Shown one piece after another: positions 51,720-64,000 of a stretch of DNA of 64,000 nucleotides. How positions within the stretch are numbered: the stretch's first letter is position 1; the number at the start of each line of letters is the position of its first letter. The notes beneath the pieces are model-generated. The model was not told the origin of the DNA. It saw nothing but the letters and a program-made list of their open reading frames with translations, and made no database searches. This DNA is from the human T2T-CHM13v2.0 reference genome, Homo sapiens: assembly GCF_009914755.1 (NCBI RefSeq), contig NC_060926.1; one strand, written 5' to 3'. The translations under genes were made by a program, and so were the position numbers.

Positions 51720-51741
51720 TGTGATGTCATATGAAGTCACA
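51720..51741. promoter_or_regulatory. Tandem CRE-like elements (TGATGTCA, TGAAGTCA) in a near-palindrome; candidate germ-cell promoter
   Basis: TGTGATGTCATATGAAGTCACA ~47 nt upstream of the ATG. Confidence 0.5.
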
Positions 51742-51787
51742 GCCTTGAGGCAGAAAACTCTGGCTGAGAAGAGCATGGGGTTGAGAA

Positions 51788-51931
51788 ATGGCACCAATTT
51801 GGGGGATGGACGTCCCACTGCCATCAGATATCAGCCTTCTATTATTGTTTGTTTTTTTTATTTGGCGGCTTTGGACACTGTTTTCCAGGAATCGGAGCTG
51901 GAAGCAGGTGGCAGCCAAGATAAACTCAGAG
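51788..51931 (+). CDS. SPATA31H1: Probable first coding exon of SPATA31H1 (C2orf16): MAPIWGMDVPLPSDISLLLLFVFFIWRLWTLFSRNRSWKQVAAKINSE
   Basis: GAAATGG strong Kozak, in-frame upstream stop, 48 codons with one TM helix followed by basic residues, strong AG|GTATGT donor, CRE-like promoter; position downstream of GCKR fits recalled gene order. Confidence 0.68.
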
Positions 51932-52657
51932 GTATGTGATGTAGCCCTCCCTTGAAACTAACTGGTCCCGCTCCTGAGGCCATAGAAACTGCCATACTTT
52001 GGGCCATGGGAGGAACTGGATGCAGGGAGAGGGGAGTTGAGACAGTGCCCATGGATAGTCTTCCTATAGATCACTATAAATCCTTTTTCCTTCAATTCAT
52101 TTCAACAGACCTAGAGACTATCGCCATTCTCTAGGAGCTCGAGGTGAAGTGGGGGAGATGGATATACACATAACTGGAAAGAGAATGTGATTAAGAGTTA
52201 ATAGAGGTATAAATGTTGCTGACATGGGAGGTAGACAGTATTTTGAACTAGGGGGCTCTATAAAATACCACCTGGGAGAGCTCAGGTTTGAGTGTGCTTC
52301 AGAGGAAGAGTGGGATTTTGAAGGTGGTTGGAGTGAATAGAGGAAGGCAGTGGAAACCTTTTAAAAAAGAGGGAATACATTGGAAAAAAGATGTGGGAAA
52401 GGGAAGCGTATTGGATGTGTTTGAGGAGAGATGTCACCAATCTGGATGGAGCATAGGACTGTAGGGACTCAGAGAGAGAAAAGATTGACAAGTTAACAGA
52501 GGTCACACTGTAGAGCTTTGAACGCCAGGCTGAATACTTGGTATAAATACAACTCTGTGCAGTTTGAAAGACATCAAAGATTTTAAAGCCAGATAAAAAT
52601 GTGCTTAGATCTGTGCTTTGAGGAGCACTTCTTAAACTTTAACATGCATATGAATCA

Positions 52658-53235
<578 letters not shown>

Positions 53236-53462
53236 TTATCACCTGCTCCTACCCCCATTTCCACTCCTCTGTGCACTATTGATACAGCAGTAAGTGGAAG
53301 AGAAAAAAATATCTGCTATCAGGGATGTGAAAGTGGAGGAGGTATTGGGGTGAATGTTTGGATGTGGAAGGTGTTGCAAGACTCCCTTGCAAAGGAGGGA
53401 GAAGGGACTGAGTCTATTTTTCCTGATGCAAAGAGTTAATTATAAACATTATCATCATTTTC

Positions 53463-56309
53463 TTTTTTTTTTTTTTTTTTTTTTTTAATTGATCATTCTT
53501 GGGTGTTTCTCGCAGAGGGGGATTTGGCAGGGTCATAGGACAATAGTGGAGGGAAGGTCAGTAGATAAACAAGTGAACAAAGGTCTCTGGTTTTCCTAGC
53601 CAGAGGACCCTGCGGCCTTCCGGCCTTCCGCAGTGTTTGTGTCCCTGGGTACTTAAGATTAGGGAGTGGTGATGACTCTTAACGAGCATGCTGCCTTCAA
53701 GCATCTGTTTAACAAAGCACATCTTGCACCGCCCTTAATCCATTTAACCCTGAGTGGACACAGCACATGTTTCAGAGAGCACAGGGTTGGGGATAAGGTC
53801 ACAGATCAACAGGATCCCAAGGCAGAAGAATTTTTCTTAGTACAGAACAAAATGAAAAGTCTCCCATGTCTACTTCTATCCACACAGACCCGGCAACCAT
53901 CCGATTTCTCAATTTTTTCCCCACTCTTCCCGCCTTTCTATTCCACAAAACCGCCATTGTCATCATGGCCCATCCCCAATGAGCCGCTGGGCACACCTCC
54001 CAGACGGGGCCGTGGCCGGGCAGAGGGGCTCCTCACTTCCCAGTAGGGGCGGCCGGGCAGAAGCGCCCCTCACCTCCCGGATGGGGCGGCTGGCCGGGCG
54101 GGGGGCTGACCCCCCCCGCCCCCGGACGGGGCGGCTGGCCAGGCAGAGGGGTCCTCACTTCCCAGTAGGGGCGGCCGGGCAGAGGCGCCCCTCACCTCCC
54201 GGACGGGGCGGCCGGCCGGGCGGGGGGCTGACCCCCCCACCTCCCTCCCGGACAGGGCGGCTGGCCGACCCCCCCCCCCTCCCCCCGCCTCCCTCCCGGA
54301 CGGGGCGGCTGGCCGGGCAGAGGGGCTCCTCACTTCCCAGTAGGGGCGGCCGGGCAGAGGCGCCCCTCACCTCCCGGACGGGGCGGCTGGCCAGGCGTGG
54401 GGCTGATCCCCCCCACCTCCCTCCCGGATGGGGCGGCTGGCCGGGCGGGGGGCTGACCCCCCCACCTCCCTCCCGGACGGGGCGGCTGGCCGGGCGGGGG
54501 GCTGACCCCCCCACCTCCCTCCCGGACGGGGCGGCTGGCCGGGCGGGGGGCTGACCCCCCCACCTCCCTCCCGGATGGGGCGGCTGGCCGGGCGGGGGGC
54601 TGACCCCCCCACCTCCCTCCCGGACGGGGCGGCTGGCCGGGCAGAGGGGCTCCTCACTTCCCAGTAGGGGCGGCCGGGCAGAGGCGCCCCTCACCTCCCG
54701 GACCGGGCGGCTGGCCAGGCGTGGGGCTGATCCCCCCCACCTCCCTCCCGGATGGGGCGGCTGGCCGGGCGGGGGGCTGACCCCCCCACCTCCCTCCCGG
54801 ACGGGGCGGCTGGCCAGGCGGGGGGCTGATCCCCCCACCTCCCTCCCGGACTGGGCGGCTGGCCGGGCGGGGGGCTGACCCCCCCACCTCCCTCCCGGAC
54901 GGGGCGGCTGGCCGGGCAGAGGGGTCCTCACTTCCCAGTAGGGGCGGCCGGGCAGAGGCGCCCCTCACCTCCCGGACGGGGCGGCCGGCCGGGCGGGGGG
55001 CTGACCCCCCCACCTCCCTCCCGGACGGGGCGGCTGGCCGGGCAGAGGGGCTCCTCACTTCCCAGTAGGGGCGGCCGGGCAGAGGCGCCCCTCACCTCCC
55101 GGACGGGGCGGCTGGCCGGGCGGGGGGCTGACCCCCACCACCTCCCTCCCGGACGGGGCGGCTGGCCGGGCAGAGGGGCTCCTCACTTCCCAGTAGGGGC
55201 GGCCGGGCAGAGGCGCCCCTCACCTCCCGGACTGGGCGGCTGGCCGGGCGGGGGGCTGACCCCCCCACCTCCCTCCTGGACGGGGCGACTGGCCGGGCAG
55301 AGGGGCTCCTCACTTCCCAGTAGGGGCGGCCGGGCAGAGGAGCCCCTCACCTCCCGGACGGGGCGGCTGGCCGGGCGGGGGGCTGACCCCCCCCCCACCT
55401 CCCTCCCGGTCGGGGTGGCTGCCGGGCGGAGACGCTCCTCACTTCCCAGACGGGGTGGCTGCCGGACGGAGGGGCTCCTCACTTCTCAGATGGGGCGGTT
55501 GCCAGGCAGAGGGTTTCCTCACTTCTCAGACGGGGCGGCCGGGCAGAGACGCTCCTCACCTCCCAGACAGGGTTGCGGCCCAGCAGAGGCGCTCCTCACA
55601 TCCCAGACAGGGCGGCGGGGCAGAGGTGCTCCCCACATCTCAGACGATGGGCGGCCGGGCAGAGACGCTCCTCACTTCCTAGATGGGATGGCGGCGGGGA
55701 AGAGGCGCTCCTCGCTTCCTAGATGGGATGGCGGCCGGGCAGAGACGCTCCTCACTTTCCAGACTGCGCAGCCAGGCAGAGAGGCTCCTCATATCCCAGA
55801 CGATGGGGGGCCAGGCAGAGACGCTCCTCACTTCCCAGACGGGGTGGCGGCTGGGCAGAGGCTGCAATCTCGGCACTTTGGGGGGCCAAGGCAGGCGGCT
55901 GGGAGGTGGAGGTTGTAGCGAGCCAAGATCACGCCACTGCACTCCAGCCTGGGCACCATTGAGCACTGAGTGAAGGAGACTCCGTCTGCAATCCCGGCAC
56001 CTCGGGAGGCCGAGGCTGGCGGATCACTCGCGGCTAGGAGCTGGAGACCAGCCCGGCCAACACAGCAAAACCCCGTCTCCACCAAAAAAAACATGAAAAC
56101 CAGTCAGGCGTGGCGTGGCGGCGAGCGCCTGCAATCGCAGGCACTCGGCAGGCTGATGCAGGAGAATCAGGCAGGGAGGCTGCAGTGAGCCGAGATGGCA
56201 GCAGTACCGTCCAGCTTTGGCTCGGCATCAGAGGGAGACCGTGGAAGGAGACCGTGGGAAGGGGGAGAGAGAGAGGGGAGAGGGGAGAGGGAGAGGGAGA
56301 GACACCAAC
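53463..56309 (-). mobile_element. Full-length SVA retrotransposon (poly-A, SINE-R, ~1.85-kb VNTR, Alu-like region, CCCTCT hexamers)
   Basis: All SVA modules in order on the - strand; TSD TCATCATTTTCT at 53452-53463 and 56310-56321. Confidence 0.97.
54000..55850 (-). repeat. SVA GC-rich VNTR (~35-50-bp units)
   Basis: Repeated CCTCCCGGACGGGGCGGCTGGCCGGGC and CTCCTCACTTCCCAG units. Confidence 0.95.
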
Positions 56310-56595
56310 TCATCATTTTCTATGAGGACTACATTCATCATGGTATTTCCAGTGCCTAGTATACTGGCTGGCATATAGTAAGTGCTCCGTAGTTGTTTGT
56401 GAAATGAACGAACGACTTCTCAGTTTTAACCCTGAATGACTCACAAGATGATGGTGTTTTTTAAACGACATAGGCAACATTACACATGAAAAGTTGTGAA
56501 TGTGGTGGGAGGCAGAATATGAACCATTGTGTTGGAAGTGCTTGTAAAATTTCTGTGGAGATATTCATCAAGCAGCTCAAATTAATGGCTGAGAC

Positions 56596-63954
<7,359 letters not shown>

Positions 63955-64000
63955 GAAATGGGTTATTTGTCCTTTAGATTTTGCAGTTAACATTTTGCTG

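Noticed and set aside
54000-55450. Repeat array superficially resembling CRISPR
   Set aside because: Eukaryotic SVA VNTR with no unique spacers and no cas genes.
53979-55973. Many long Pro/Gly/Arg-rich ORFs (up to 258 aa) on both strands
   Set aside because: All fall in the SVA VNTR; GC-rich repeats lack stops by chance.

Overview
Human (or very close great-ape) genomic DNA from the chr2p23.3 GCKR locus. It contains: the first coding exon and CpG-island promoter of IFT172 (- strand, ~3971-4330); the complete FNDC4 gene (- strand, 6 coding exons spliced by hand to a 234-aa ORF); and the complete GCKR gene (+ strand, 19 coding exons spliced by hand to 625 aa, all GT-AG, carrying Pro446). It also has a 144-nt coding exon at 51788-51931, missed by the ORF track, that looks like the transmembrane-encoding first exon of SPATA31H1/C2orf16. 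The rest is dense in Alu, L1, MaLR/ERVL LTRs and hAT transposons, plus a full-length antisense SVA with a 12-bp TSD. Nearly all ORFs in the supplied track are Alu/SVA/GC-rich artefacts. The most striking unexplained structure is a 45-nt inverted copy of the GCKR exon 4/intron 4 splice junction inserted into an Alu in intron 7, a potential built-in cis-antisense splice-site mask. Other highlights: an 11-bp triplication that puts three AUGs in three frames at the FNDC4 start, and a fold-back Alu insertion with an inverted TSD copy in GCKR intron 17. Gene names, SNP IDs and repeat family names come from recall, not a database search; repeat boundaries are approximate.
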